Assembly (NCBI GenBank): GCA_963716255.1
Contig: OY970303.1
Coordinates: 576,001-640,000 of the forward strand
Reading direction: 5' to 3'
DNA: 64,000 nucleotides
DNA from: an uncultured Gemmatimonadales bacterium
Lineage (GTDB): Bacteria > Gemmatimonadota > Gemmatimonadetes > Longimicrobiales > Longimicrobiaceae
Shown: positions 37,378-48,974 of the stretch, one piece after another
Numbering within the stretch: the stretch's first letter is position 1
Layout: each line of letters starts with the position of its first letter
Position numbers and translations under genes: made by a program
The notes under the pieces: model-generated
Database searches by the model: none
Told to the model about the DNA's origin: nothing
Seen by the model: only the letters and a program-made list of their open reading frames with translations

Positions 37378-38928
37378 CTACCGGGCGACGCCGTACAATC
37401 CCGCCTGCGGCGCCGGCACCAGCGACGCGGCGCTCTCCCGCGCCCAGCTCATGGGCCCACCCACGTCCCGGCCGAAGCCGTCCGGGAAGAAGAACAGCCC
37501 CACCACCAGCACCGCCGCCGCCGCGATGGCGAAGCGGGCCGCCGCGGGAACCCCCAGGGGCACCGCCTCGCCCTTTTCCGTGGAGGGCTGCATGTACATC
37601 ACCACGATGACGCGCAGGTAGTAGAAGTACGACACCAGCGACGCCAGCACCAGGATCACCGCCAGCGGCTGCAGTCCGCCCTGGATGGCCGACTGCAGGA
37701 TGTACATCTTGCCGATGAAGCCGCCGGTGAGCGGGAACCCGGCCAGCGACAGCAGGAACACCGAGAGCGCCACCCCCAGCAGCGGGTGCCGCCAGCCGAA
37801 GCCGGCGTAGTCGTCCAGCGTCACCAGCTCGCGGTCGCCGCGCGTGTTGGCGATGAGCACCCCGAAGGCCCCCGCCGTCATCAGCGTGTACACCAGCAGG
37901 TAGAACAGGAAGGCCGCCGCCCCGCCCGTGCTCGCCGAGAGCAGCGCCACCAGCAGGTAGCCCGCGTGCGCGATGGAGGAGTACGCCAGCATGCGCTTCA
38001 GGCTCCCCTCCGTCAGCGCGACCAGGTTGGCGCCCAGCATGGTGAGGGCCGCCAGCCAGAAGCCGATCTGCGCCCACACCTCGTACATCCCCGCGAACGC
38101 CACCCCGAACACCCGGATGAAGGCCGCGAACGCCGCCGCCTTGACCCCCGTGGACATCAGCGCCGTCACCGGCGTGGGGGCGCCCTCGTAGGCGTCCGGC
38201 GTCCACACGTGGAAAGGGACGGCCGCCACCTTGAAGCCCAGCCCCACCATCAGCAGCGCCGCGCCGGCCAGCAGCATGTAGTCGCGGGTCGCCAGCGCCC
38301 CTGCCACCTGCGGCCCGATCACCGCCAGGTTGGTGGAGCCGGTGGCCCCGAAGGTCAGCGCGATCCCGTACAGGAAGAAGGCGCTGGAGAAGGCCCCCAG
38401 CAGGAAGTACTTGAGCGACGCCTCCGACGAGCGCGGGTCCAGCCGGTCGAAGCCCACCAGCACGTAGATGGACAGCGACATCACCTCCAGCGCGACGAAC
38501 ATCATCATCAGGTCGCGCGACGCCGCCATGAGCATCATCCCCACCACCGCGAAGAGCACCAGTACGTGGAACTCGCCCCGGTTGATCCCCCTGCGGTCCA
38601 GATAGCCCATGGAAACGAACAGCGTCATCGCCCCGGAAAGCAGGAAGATGAAGTTGGCGAACACCCGGAAGCGGTCCACCACCACCAGCCCCGCGGGCGC
38701 CGACTCGCCGATGCGCAGCAGGTACGCGTTCGCGATCGCCGCCAGCACCAGCCCCGCCAGCGACAGCCAGGGGATGATGGGGCGCGAGGGCTCGGAGCGG
38801 TTCCCCTTCTGGAAGACGTCCACCATGAGCACGAGCATCGCCCAGAGGGAGAGCACGATCTCCGGGAGGAGCGCCCAGAAGTAGTCGGACTGCCGCGAGT
38901 AGTCGAGTAGCATTTCCATGTTGGTCAC
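37378..38928 (-). CDS. nuoN: NADH-quinone oxidoreductase subunit N
   Basis: EASLKYFLLG, FKVAAVPFHVWTPDAYEGAP, KRMLAYSSIAHAG. Confidence 0.95.
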   Translation of the reverse strand: MTNMEMLLDYSRQSDYFWALLPEIVLSLWAMLVLMVDVFQKGNRSEPSRPIIPWLSLAGLVLAAIANAYLLRIGESAPAGLVVVDRFRVFANFIFLLSGAMTLFVSMGYLDRRGINRGEFHVLVLFAVVGMMLMAASRDLMMMFVALEVMSLSIYVLVGFDRLDPRSSEASLKYFLLGAFSSAFFLYGIALTFGATGSTNLAVIGPQVAGALATRDYMLLAGAALLMVGLGFKVAAVPFHVWTPDAYEGAPTPVTALMSTGVKAAAFAAFIRVFGVAFAGMYEVWAQIGFWLAALTMLGANLVALTEGSLKRMLAYSSIAHAGYLLVALLSASTGGAAAFLFYLLVYTLMTAGAFGVLIANTRGDRELVTLDDYAGFGWRHPLLGVALSVFLLSLAGFPLTGGFIGKMYILQSAIQGGLQPLAVILVLASLVSYFYYLRVIVVMYMQPSTEKGEAVPLGVPAAARFAIAAAAVLVVGLFFFPDGFGRDVGGPMSWARESAASLVPAPQAGLYGVAR

Positions 38929-38944
38929 GAGCCCCCTGCCGGGG

Positions 38945-40552
38945 TCAGCGCGGCGACGCCGCCACCTCCCCCACCGACGGGGGGAGGGCGACGTAGGCAG
39001 CGCGGGCGGTCTCCATCCCGTTCGCCAGGCGCTCGGCTGCGGGCCTCATCTTGTCCAGCACCGGCTTGGGGTACACGCCCAGCCAGAGGATCAGCAGCAC
39101 CAGCGGCGCCAGCACCAGGATCTCCCGCGCGTTGAGGTCGGGGACGTGGCGGTTGGCCGGCTTGTCCAGCGCGTTGAACACCGTGCGCTGCACCATGGGA
39201 AGCATGTAGTACGCGGCGAAGATCACCCCCGTGGCGGCGATCAGCGCGGCGATGGGGTGCGTGCGGAAGGCGCCCAGCAGCACCAGGAACTCCGACAGGA
39301 ACCCGGCCGTCCCCGGCAGCCCCACCGACGCCATGGCCGCGAACACCAGCATGGCCGCGAACACCGGGATGGAGGCCGCCAGCCCGCCGAAGTCCGAGAT
39401 CTCGTACGTGTGCCGGCGCTCGTACAGCATCCCCAGCAGGAAGAAGAGCATGGGCGTGGAGAGCCCGTGCCCGATCATCACCAGGAGCGCGCCCTGGATC
39501 CCCTGCTCGTTGAAGGCGTAGATCCCCAGGATCACGAAGCCCAGGTGCGCCACCGAAGTGTACGCCACCAGCTTCTTTGCGTTGGGCTGCACCGCGGCCA
39601 CCATGGCCCCGTAGATGATCCCCGCCACCGCCAGCACCAGCGCCGCCCTGATCGCCGTGTCGCTCGCGGCCGCCAGCGGGAAGAGCGGGAGCGCGAAGCG
39701 CATGAACCCGTACGTCCCCATCTTCAGCAGCACCCCCGCAAGGATCACCGACCCCGCCGTGGGCGCCTGCACGTGCGCGTGCGGCAGCCAGGTGTGGAAG
39801 GGGAAGATGGGCACCTTGATGGCGAACGCCAGCGCAAAGGCCAGAAAGAGCAGCCCCTGCTCCCGCGGCCCCAGGATGGTGGACAGCTGCAGGAAGTCGA
39901 AGTACGAGAAGGTGGGCGTCCCGAAGATCGCCTGCCCCTTGAAGAACATGTACAGGATCGCGACCAGCATCAGCAGCGACCCGGCGGTGGTGTACAGAAA
40001 GAACTTGACCGCCGCGTACACCCGCTCCTTGCCGCCCCAGATCCCGATGAGGAAGTACATGGGGATGAGGACGATCTCCCAGAACACGTAGAACAGGAAC
40101 ATGTCCAGGGCGACGAACACCCCCACCACCCCGCCGGTGAGCGCGATGAGCATGGCGTAGAACCAGCGTTGCCGCTCGCGGACGTACGTCCACGAGCCCA
40201 GCACCATCAGCGGCAGGAGCAGCGTGGTGAGCAGGACCATGAAGAGCGAGATCCCGTCCAGCCCCAGCCGGTAGTGGATCCCCCACTCGGGGATCCACTG
40301 CGCGGCCACGCAGTTCTGCATCTGCACCGTGACCATCTCCGCGGCCCCGCCGCGGAAGGTGGGCTGCATGCAGCTCCCCGTGTGGTCGAACGTCCAGAAG
40401 AGCGGGAGCGAGACCAGGAACTCCACGATCCCCACCCCCAGCGCCGCTTGCCGGGCGCCGCGGTCGCCGGCCAGGTACACGGCGACCGCCCCCAACAGGG
40501 GGAAGAAGATCAGGAAGGTCAGGATCCCTGAGCCGGAGTAGAACGATTCCAT
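38945..40552 (-). CDS. nuoM: NADH-quinone oxidoreductase subunit M
   Basis: GLDGIS, FYVFWE, HTWLPHAH, LLKMG, AYTSVAH. Confidence 0.95.
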   Translation of the reverse strand: MESFYSGSGILTFLIFFPLLGAVAVYLAGDRGARQAALGVGIVEFLVSLPLFWTFDHTGSCMQPTFRGGAAEMVTVQMQNCVAAQWIPEWGIHYRLGLDGISLFMVLLTTLLLPLMVLGSWTYVRERQRWFYAMLIALTGGVVGVFVALDMFLFYVFWEIVLIPMYFLIGIWGGKERVYAAVKFFLYTTAGSLLMLVAILYMFFKGQAIFGTPTFSYFDFLQLSTILGPREQGLLFLAFALAFAIKVPIFPFHTWLPHAHVQAPTAGSVILAGVLLKMGTYGFMRFALPLFPLAAASDTAIRAALVLAVAGIIYGAMVAAVQPNAKKLVAYTSVAHLGFVILGIYAFNEQGIQGALLVMIGHGLSTPMLFFLLGMLYERRHTYEISDFGGLAASIPVFAAMLVFAAMASVGLPGTAGFLSEFLVLLGAFRTHPIAALIAATGVIFAAYYMLPMVQRTVFNALDKPANRHVPDLNAREILVLAPLVLLILWLGVYPKPVLDKMRPAAERLANGMETARAAYVALPPSVGEVAASPR

Positions 40553-40568
40553 TGCCGTCCCGTTGCCG

Positions 40569-42869
40569 TCAGAGTGCCACGAAGGAGCCGAGGACCACCA
40601 GCACCCCGACGATGATGACGAAGGCGTACGTGTTGAGCAGGCCCGTCTGGGTGCGGCCCGCGAGGAGCCCCAGCCCCTGCGACAGCCGCCCGAGGAAGTC
40701 CACCAGCCCGTCGATCACGTAGCGGTCGAAGGCCGCGTACACCCGCGACAGCGCGCCCACCGGGCGCACCACGACCGCGTCGTACAGCTCGTCGATGTAG
40801 TACTTGTTGTACAGCACCCGCTCCGGCGTGCTGGTGTACGCCGGCTCCTCGTCCGCCGTGCGCAGCTTCCGCCCCGAGAGCAGCACCCACGCCAGCGCCA
40901 GCCCGCCGAGCCCGATGACCACCGCCAGGATGATCGGCCAGGCGTGGTGCGCGGCTTCCGGTGCCTCCCCGAACTGGCTGCGGACCACCTCCTCCGAGCC
41001 GGCGATCACCGGGTGCAGCCAGTGGTGCAGCGCCGCGCCCTGCCCGAAGTCGAACCAGTTCACGATCGGCACGTCCTCCACGTTGAGGAAGCCGCCGACC
41101 AGGGAGAGCGCCGCCAGCACCACCAGCGGCAGCTTCAGCGTCCAGTCCGTCTCGTGCAGGTGCTTCCGCTCGGCGTCGCCGGTGCGGTTGTCGCCGAAGA
41201 AGGTGTAGATCATCATGCGGCCCATGTAGAAGGCCGTCATGAACGCGGCGATGGACAGGGTCCCGCCGATGAAGCCCATCCAGGTGCTCCCCGGGATCCC
41301 GAACAGCTCCGCCCGCGAGAACGCCGAGTGCCCCTCGGCGCCCAGCCACGCCGCCCCGATGATCTCGTCCTTGGAAAAGAACCCGGCGAAGGGCGGCACC
41401 CCGGCGATGGCCAGCGTCGCGATCCCCATGGTCCAGAAGGTGACCGGGAGGAACTTCCGCAGCCCGCCCATGTTGCGCATGTCCTGCGCGTCGGCGGGGT
41501 TGTGCGTGGAGTGCAGGGCGTGGTGCATGGAGTGGATCACCGCGCCCGAGCCCAGGAAGAGGCAGGCCTTGAAGAAGGCGTGCGTCATCAGGTGGAAGAC
41601 CCCGGCCACGTACGCCCCCATCCCCACCGCCGCGAACATGAAGCCCAGCTGCGACACGGTGGAGTACGCCAGCACCTTCTTGATGTCCCACTGCTTCAGG
41701 CCGATGGTGGCCGCGAAGAACGCCGTCAGCGCCCCCACCAGCGCCACCACCAGCGACGCCGTGGGCGCCAGGGTGAAGAGCACCGAGGACCTCACAACCA
41801 GGTACACGCCCGCCGTGACCATGGTGGCCGCGTGGATCAGCGCCGACACCGGCGTGGGGCCCGCCATGGCGTCCGGGAGCCACACGTAGAGCGGGATCTG
41901 CGCGCTCTTGCCCGCGGCGCCCAGAAAGAAGAAGAGCGCGATCGCCGTGACCACCGCCCCGCCGTACGCCAGCGTCAGGGGCGCGCGCTGCATCACCTCC
42001 GTGAAGTCCAGCGTCCCCAGGTTGGCGAACAGCAGGAACATGGCGATCAGGAAGCCGAAGTCGCCGATGCGGTTGACGATGAACGCCTTCTTCCCCGCGT
42101 CCGCGTTCGCCTTTTCCCTAAACCAGAAGCCGATCAGCAGGTACGAGCAGAGCCCCACGCCCTCCCACCCCACGAACATCAGCGGGTACGAGGCGCCCAG
42201 CACCAGCACCAGCATGAAGAACACGAAGAGGTTCAGGTACGCCATGTAGCGCGGGTACCCGGGGTCCTCCTTCATGTAGCCGATGGAGAAGAGGTGGATC
42301 AGCGACCCCACGCCGGTGATGACCAGCGTCATCAGCATGGACAGCGGGTCCAGCAGCAGCGCCGCGTCCACCTGCAGCTCGCCCACCGGCATCCAGCTGA
42401 AGTAGCGCACGGCCTCGAACACCGGGTGCTCGCCCGCCGCGCCCATGAACTCGCACATCTTCCACCAGTTCCACGCCGCCACCGCGAACGCCGCCAGCAG
42501 CACGCCCGGCGCCACGAACGACGGCAGCACGTGCGTCCAGGGCTTCGGCCCCGCGGGGTGGTCGTGGGCGTCGTGCGCGTCGTCATGGTCGTGCGCGTGG
42601 TCCGCGGCTGCGGCGTCCACCGGGCTGGGCCGGGTGCCGTGGTCGTGGTGCTCCTGCTCGCTGGGCTCGTGGTGCGAATCCCAGTGCGGGTCGCCAACGG
42701 GGGGCAGCACGGGGAGCGCGCGGCGCGCCGCGTACACCGATGCCAGCCCGTTGAGCAGGAACCCGACGAGCGGGAGGACGACGATCAGCCAGGGCGAGAC
42801 GGGGTGGAAGGCGCCGTGGCCGGCCGCCTCCGCCGCCGCGTGCGCGGCCTCTTGGAACAGGAGCGTCAC
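40569..42869 (-). CDS. nuoL: NADH-quinone oxidoreductase subunit L
   Basis: GWEGVG, NRIGD, KSAQ.PL..WLPDAMAGPTPVSALIHAATMV, HAFFKA. Confidence 0.95.
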   Translation of the reverse strand: MTLLFQEAAHAAAEAAGHGAFHPVSPWLIVVLPLVGFLLNGLASVYAARRALPVLPPVGDPHWDSHHEPSEQEHHDHGTRPSPVDAAAADHAHDHDDAHDAHDHPAGPKPWTHVLPSFVAPGVLLAAFAVAAWNWWKMCEFMGAAGEHPVFEAVRYFSWMPVGELQVDAALLLDPLSMLMTLVITGVGSLIHLFSIGYMKEDPGYPRYMAYLNLFVFFMLVLVLGASYPLMFVGWEGVGLCSYLLIGFWFREKANADAGKKAFIVNRIGDFGFLIAMFLLFANLGTLDFTEVMQRAPLTLAYGGAVVTAIALFFFLGAAGKSAQIPLYVWLPDAMAGPTPVSALIHAATMVTAGVYLVVRSSVLFTLAPTASLVVALVGALTAFFAATIGLKQWDIKKVLAYSTVSQLGFMFAAVGMGAYVAGVFHLMTHAFFKACLFLGSGAVIHSMHHALHSTHNPADAQDMRNMGGLRKFLPVTFWTMGIATLAIAGVPPFAGFFSKDEIIGAAWLGAEGHSAFSRAELFGIPGSTWMGFIGGTLSIAAFMTAFYMGRMMIYTFFGDNRTGDAERKHLHETDWTLKLPLVVLAALSLVGGFLNVEDVPIVNWFDFGQGAALHHWLHPVIAGSEEVVRSQFGEAPEAAHHAWPIILAVVIGLGGLALAWVLLSGRKLRTADEEPAYTSTPERVLYNKYYIDELYDAVVVRPVGALSRVYAAFDRYVIDGLVDFLGRLSQGLGLLAGRTQTGLLNTYAFVIIVGVLVVLGSFVAL

Positions 42870-42876
42870 GTGGCCT

Positions 42877-43182
42877 CTACCAGCGCAGGAGTCTGAAGTT
42901 CTTGACGTCCACCGACTCCGAGTGCCGGAAGACGGAGATGATGATGGCCAGCCCCACCGCGGCCTCCGCGGCCGCCACGGCGATCACGAAGAACACGTAC
43001 ACCTGCCCCTGCACCCCCGCGTACGGGGCGAGCCCCACGAAGGCCAGGTTCACGGCGTTGAGCATCAGCTCCACGCACATGAAGAGGATGATCGCGTTGC
43101 GGCGGATCACCACGCCCAGGGTGCCCACGGAGAACAGGATCGCGCTCAGCGCCAGGACCCAGCTCAGCGGAATGTCGGTCAC
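42877..43182 (-). CDS. nuoK: NADH-quinone oxidoreductase subunit K
   Basis: RRN...[18 protein letters not shown]. Confidence 0.95.
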   Translation of the reverse strand: MTDIPLSWVLALSAILFSVGTLGVVIRRNAIILFMCVELMLNAVNLAFVGLAPYAGVQGQVYVFFVIAVAAAEAAVGLAIIISVFRHSESVDVKNFRLLRW

Positions 43183-43191
43183 GGGATCTCC

Positions 43192-43716
<525 letters not shown>

Positions 43717-43733
43717 GCTTGACGACATGGTTT

Positions 43734-43870
43734 GGGCGAATCCCCGGCCGATACTGCCCGGCCGGGGACCGGGCTCTATTCTGCTGGACACGAAACTACC
43801 GTGTCCAGCAGAACGGAGCCGCCGGAAACAGCCCCGGCGTCTCCGCCCTTCGGGTTACGATCCCTTTCGC
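43734..43870 (-). repeat. Divergent family-1 variant (1b), left arm of an inverted pair
   Basis: Reverse strand GCGAAAGGGAT...CCCGAAGGG...GGAGAC-stem-GGCTGTTT...GAGCCCGGTCCCCGG...GGGGATTCGCCC. Confidence 0.8.
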
Positions 43871-43988
43871 ACGGGCGCCCTCCGGCGCCCCGCGCTGCCG
43901 GCGCGAGCCGGCAGGAAACTACAGCCGTCCGCAGGACGGCACAGCCCGGTCCTTCCCACCGTCTTCCCCGCCCCACCCGCGAGCCCCC

Positions 43989-44124
43989 GCGAAAGCGATC
44001 GTGACCCGAAGGGCGGAGACTCGCCGGCAGTTTGGCGAGGCTCCGTTCTCCTGGACACGGTCGTTTCGTGTCCAGGAGAATAGAGCGCGGTCCCCGGCCG
44101 GCAGTATCGGCCGGGGATTCGCCC
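43989..44124 (+). repeat. Divergent family-1 variant (1b), right arm of an inverted pair
   Basis: GCGAAAGCGAT...CCCGAAGGG...GAGCGCGGTCCCCGG...GGGGATTCGCCC; inverted relative to 43734-43870. Confidence 0.8.
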
Positions 44125-44135
44125 GGATCCCCGTC

Positions 44136-44648
44136 CTATTCAGACGCCGGATCCGAGGGATCCCACAGCGCGGTCACCGGGTGCGGCTGCTTCATGAGCC
44201 GGTCCAGGTCGTACACGAACCGCTCGCGCGTGTACTCCGCGTTCTCGTAGTGCTGGCCCACGTGGATCGCCTCCACCGGGCACACCTCCTGGCACATCCC
44301 GCAGAAGATGCAGCGGAACTCGTCGATCTCGTAGACGATGGGGTAGCGGTTCCCCTGGTCGTCCTCGCCGGGCACCAGCTTGATGCAGTTGGCCGGGCAG
44401 ATGGTGGGGCACAGGCCGCACGCCACGCACTTGGGGCGCCCGTCCTCGTGCGTCTCCATGACGTGCGTGCCCCGCCAGCGCGGCGAGATGTCCTTCTTCT
44501 GCTCGGGGTACTGGATAACCAGCTCGCTCCGGTCGCCGGCCGCCTTGGCCATGTGCCGGAAGGTGAGCGCCATCCCCTTGAGCGTGGCCCGGATGTACGA
44601 GGACTTCTTCGCCTCCGGGCGCTTCATCACGCGGACTTTGACTGCCAT
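44136..44648 (-). CDS. nuoI: NADH-quinone oxidoreductase subunit I
   Basis: CVACGLCPTICP and CIFCGMCQEVCP. Confidence 0.95.
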   Translation of the reverse strand: MAVKVRVMKRPEAKKSSYIRATLKGMALTFRHMAKAAGDRSELVIQYPEQKKDISPRWRGTHVMETHEDGRPKCVACGLCPTICPANCIKLVPGEDDQGNRYPIVYEIDEFRCIFCGMCQEVCPVEAIHVGQHYENAEYTRERFVYDLDRLMKQPHPVTALWDPSDPASE

Positions 44649-44662
44649 GTGCTTGTCTGTCC

Positions 44663-45994
44663 TTATACCCGTTGAACGGGAGCGGCCGGCCGCTGCGGCG
44701 GCACGGGAACGGCGCGCTGCCGCGCCACCTCGCGGGGGAGCCGGTGCCGCTCGCGCGGGCCGGTGCCGGCCAGGGTGTGGCCGCGGTCCATGAGCCAGAG
44801 GATGGCGGCGAGCATCACCCCGTTCACCGCCGCGAGCACCAGCCCGTACACCGGGAGGAAGCCGTACATCAGGTCGGTGGGCTCCACGCCGGCGCTGTCC
44901 AGCCCCAGGACGGTCGCGGCGGTCACCACCAGCGCGGCGAGCGCGGTGGGAAGCATGATCTTCCACCCCAGGTCCATCACCTGGTCGTAGCGGAAGCGCG
45001 GCACCGTCCAGCGCACCAGCATGAAGACCATGATGAAGAAGAAGGTCTTCGCGCCGAACGCCAGCAGCGTGAGGAGGGTCTTCCACACCGCCGGCTCCGC
45101 GCCGATCACCGTCCCGGCGGGCCCCACCACCATGTCGTCGAACGAGCCGGGGATGTCCCAGCCGCCCAGGAAGAGCGTCGCCATCAGCGCCGAGATGGTG
45201 AGCACGTGCGCGTACTCGGCGATGAAGAACATGGAGAACTTCATGGCCGAGTACTCGGTGTGGTACCCGGTCACCAGCTCCGACTCGGCCTCGGGGAGGT
45301 CGAAGGGGAGGCGGTTGGTCTCGGCGAAGGCGGCGATCCAGAAGAAGAAGAAGGACACGGAGAGCGGGAGCGCGAACCACAGGTTCATGCGCTGCTGCGC
45401 CCACACCACCTCCGGCAGGCCGACATTTCCGACCAGAAAGAACACGCTCATCAGCGACAGCCCCAGCGCGATCTCGTAGGAGATCATCTGCGCGCCGGCG
45501 CGGAGCCCGCCCAGCAGCGCATACTTGTTGGAGCTGGCCCAGCCGGCGAGCACGATGCCGTACACCCCCAGCGACGAGAACGCCAGCAGGAACAGGATCC
45601 CGATGGGCACGTCGGCCACCACCATGGAGACGATCCCCCAGCGGGTGGGGAGCGGCGCGGCGAAGGGGATCACCGCGAAGGTGACCATCGCCGGGGTGAT
45701 GGAAAGCATGGGCGCCAGGTTGAAGAACACCCGGTTGGCCTCCGCCGGGTCGCTCTCCTCCTTGAGGATGTTCTTGACGCCGTCGGCGGCGGGCTGCAGC
45801 AGGCCGCCGGGGCCCACGCGGTTGGGACCCATGCGGTCCTGCATCCACGCGCTGACCTTGCGCTCCAGCAGCGTGAGCATCGCCACGGTCACCAGCAGCA
45901 CCAGGAACACCACGAGCACCCGAATCGCCATGAAGATCAGGAACGCGATGTCGCCCAGCTCCCCGATCCGGTGGATCGGCAGTCCGTCCATCAT
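44663..45994 (-). CDS. nuoH: NADH-quinone oxidoreductase subunit H
   Basis: ERKV...QDR.GPNRVG, AQMISYE, ETNRLPFDLPEAESEL. Confidence 0.95.
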   Translation of the reverse strand: MMDGLPIHRIGELGDIAFLIFMAIRVLVVFLVLLVTVAMLTLLERKVSAWMQDRMGPNRVGPGGLLQPAADGVKNILKEESDPAEANRVFFNLAPMLSITPAMVTFAVIPFAAPLPTRWGIVSMVVADVPIGILFLLAFSSLGVYGIVLAGWASSNKYALLGGLRAGAQMISYEIALGLSLMSVFFLVGNVGLPEVVWAQQRMNLWFALPLSVSFFFFWIAAFAETNRLPFDLPEAESELVTGYHTEYSAMKFSMFFIAEYAHVLTISALMATLFLGGWDIPGSFDDMVVGPAGTVIGAEPAVWKTLLTLLAFGAKTFFFIMVFMLVRWTVPRFRYDQVMDLGWKIMLPTALAALVVTAATVLGLDSAGVEPTDLMYGFLPVYGLVLAAVNGVMLAAILWLMDRGHTLAGTGPRERHRLPREVARQRAVPVPPQRPAAPVQRV

Positions 45995-46019
45995 CGTTGG
46001 CCTTGCAGGTGGTGTTTGG

Positions 46020-47639
46020 TCAGGCCGGGCCGCCGGCCTCGGCCAGCGCCCGCGGCTCCGGGAGCGGCCGCCCCTCGGTGCCCAGGTCGGCCCAGTCCAG
46101 CCCGGCGAACTCCGCCCGCAGCCCGCCGAGCGCCGCGAAGGCGTCGGCCGGGGTGCCGGGGACCTCGCCGCCGGTCATGCCGGCGTGCAGCACGCCCAGG
46201 ATCTGCCACGCGGGGCGCGCCATGCCGGGGGCCCGCAGCGCGGGCCAGAAGCGCTGCACGCGCCGCTGCACGTTGGTGAAGCTCCCCTCCATCTCGGCGA
46301 ACGTCGTCGCCGGGAGCACCACGTGCGCGTTGCGCGCCGCGGGCGACAGGAAGTGCCCCACGTACACGAACAGCCCCGCCGCCGCGCCGAAGTCCGCCGG
46401 GGCGTCCGCCAGCTCGTCGCCCAGCACGAAGAGCACGCCGGTGTGCCCGGCGGCGCTCTCCAGCCCGCCGTGGGCCGCGGCGTCGCCCTCGCGCTTGAAG
46501 CCGAGGAACTCCGCGCCGGCGGTGTTGGGCGAGCGGTCCTCGCGCAGCGCCAGCGTGGGGAAGCCGGGGAGGACCACTTCCTCGCCCCGCTCGGCGCGGA
46601 ACACGCCGCCACCGGAGCCGTGGGCGTCCAGCACCCGGCGCAGGGCGCCCAGGTCCTCGTTTGCCGCGAAGGGCGAGACTACCGCGCGCGCCTCGCCGGT
46701 CGCCGCGCCGATCCGCTCCACCAGCCGGGTCAGCGCCTCGGACCACGACACGGGGACGAAGCGGTCTCCGTCGCGCACCAGCGGCGCCTCGATGCGGCCC
46801 CCGCGGTTGATCCACGCGTAGTTGAGCCGGCCGTAGTCGCACATCCAGTGCGAGTTGACGGCCTCGTTGGTGCGCGGCTTGATCCGCATCACCTCGTTGT
46901 CGCGCGTCTCCAGGCGGACGTTGCACCCCTGCGAGCAGTTGGGGCACACCGAGGGGACGCGGTCCAGGTCCCAGGCGCGCGCCTTGTGCAGGAAGTCCTT
47001 GGACACCAGCGCGCCCACCGGGCACAGGTCGACGACGTTGTCGGCCCAGACGTTCCCGTCCAGCCCCTCGTCGAAGAAGGTGTCGATGACGCTGCGGTGG
47101 CCGCGCTGCACCACCGTCAGCCGCTCGTCCTGCGCGACCTCGCGCATGAAGCGCACGCAGCGGGTGCACATGACGCAGCGGTCGGCGTAGAAGAGCACGT
47201 CGCCGCCGAAGTCGTCGCGCCCAAGAACGCGCTTCGCCTCCTGCGAGCGGCCCATGGGGCGGCCCTCGGCGGAGGTGTAGTCCTGGAGCTTGCACTCGCC
47301 CGCCTGGTCGCAGACCGGGCAGTCGAGCGGGTGGTTCACCAGGTAGAACTCCAGCACCCCGTTCCGCGCCTGGAGCGACTTCTCGCTCTGGGTGTGGATG
47401 ACGTTGCCCTCGGCCACCGTGGCGGTGCACGACGGCACCAGCTTGGGGGCCTTCTCCACCTCCACCAGGCACATGCGGCACTGGGCCGGGGAGGAGAGCC
47501 CCGGGTGGTAGCAGTAGTGGGGGACGTCCACGCCCACGCGCGCGGCGGCGTCGATGATCCGCGTCCCCTTGGGGACGGTGATCTCGATTCCGTCGATGGT
47601 GCAGTTCACGGTGTCGACCGTGGGATTTGGGTCGGCCAA
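46020..47639 (-). CDS. nuoG: NADH-quinone oxidoreductase subunit G (short form)
   Basis: PHYCYH, CRMCLVE, NHPLDCPVCDQAGECKLQ, RCVMCTRC; TTG start after GGAGG. Confidence 0.92.
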   Translation of the reverse strand: MADPNPTVDTVNCTIDGIEITVPKGTRIIDAAARVGVDVPHYCYHPGLSSPAQCRMCLVEVEKAPKLVPSCTATVAEGNVIHTQSEKSLQARNGVLEFYLVNHPLDCPVCDQAGECKLQDYTSAEGRPMGRSQEAKRVLGRDDFGGDVLFYADRCVMCTRCVRFMREVAQDERLTVVQRGHRSVIDTFFDEGLDGNVWADNVVDLCPVGALVSKDFLHKARAWDLDRVPSVCPNCSQGCNVRLETRDNEVMRIKPRTNEAVNSHWMCDYGRLNYAWINRGGRIEAPLVRDGDRFVPVSWSEALTRLVERIGAATGEARAVVSPFAANEDLGALRRVLDAHGSGGGVFRAERGEEVVLPGFPTLALREDRSPNTAGAEFLGFKREGDAAAHGGLESAAGHTGVLFVLGDELADAPADFGAAAGLFVYVGHFLSPAARNAHVVLPATTFAEMEGSFTNVQRRVQRFWPALRAPGMARPAWQILGVLHAGMTGGEVPGTPADAFAALGGLRAEFAGLDWADLGTEGRPLPEPRALAEAGGPA

Positions 47640-47671
47640 CTCGGCCTCCGTGTCGGTTTGGATTCTCGCCG

Positions 47672-48967
<1,296 letters not shown>

Positions 48968-48974
48968 GGCGCCT

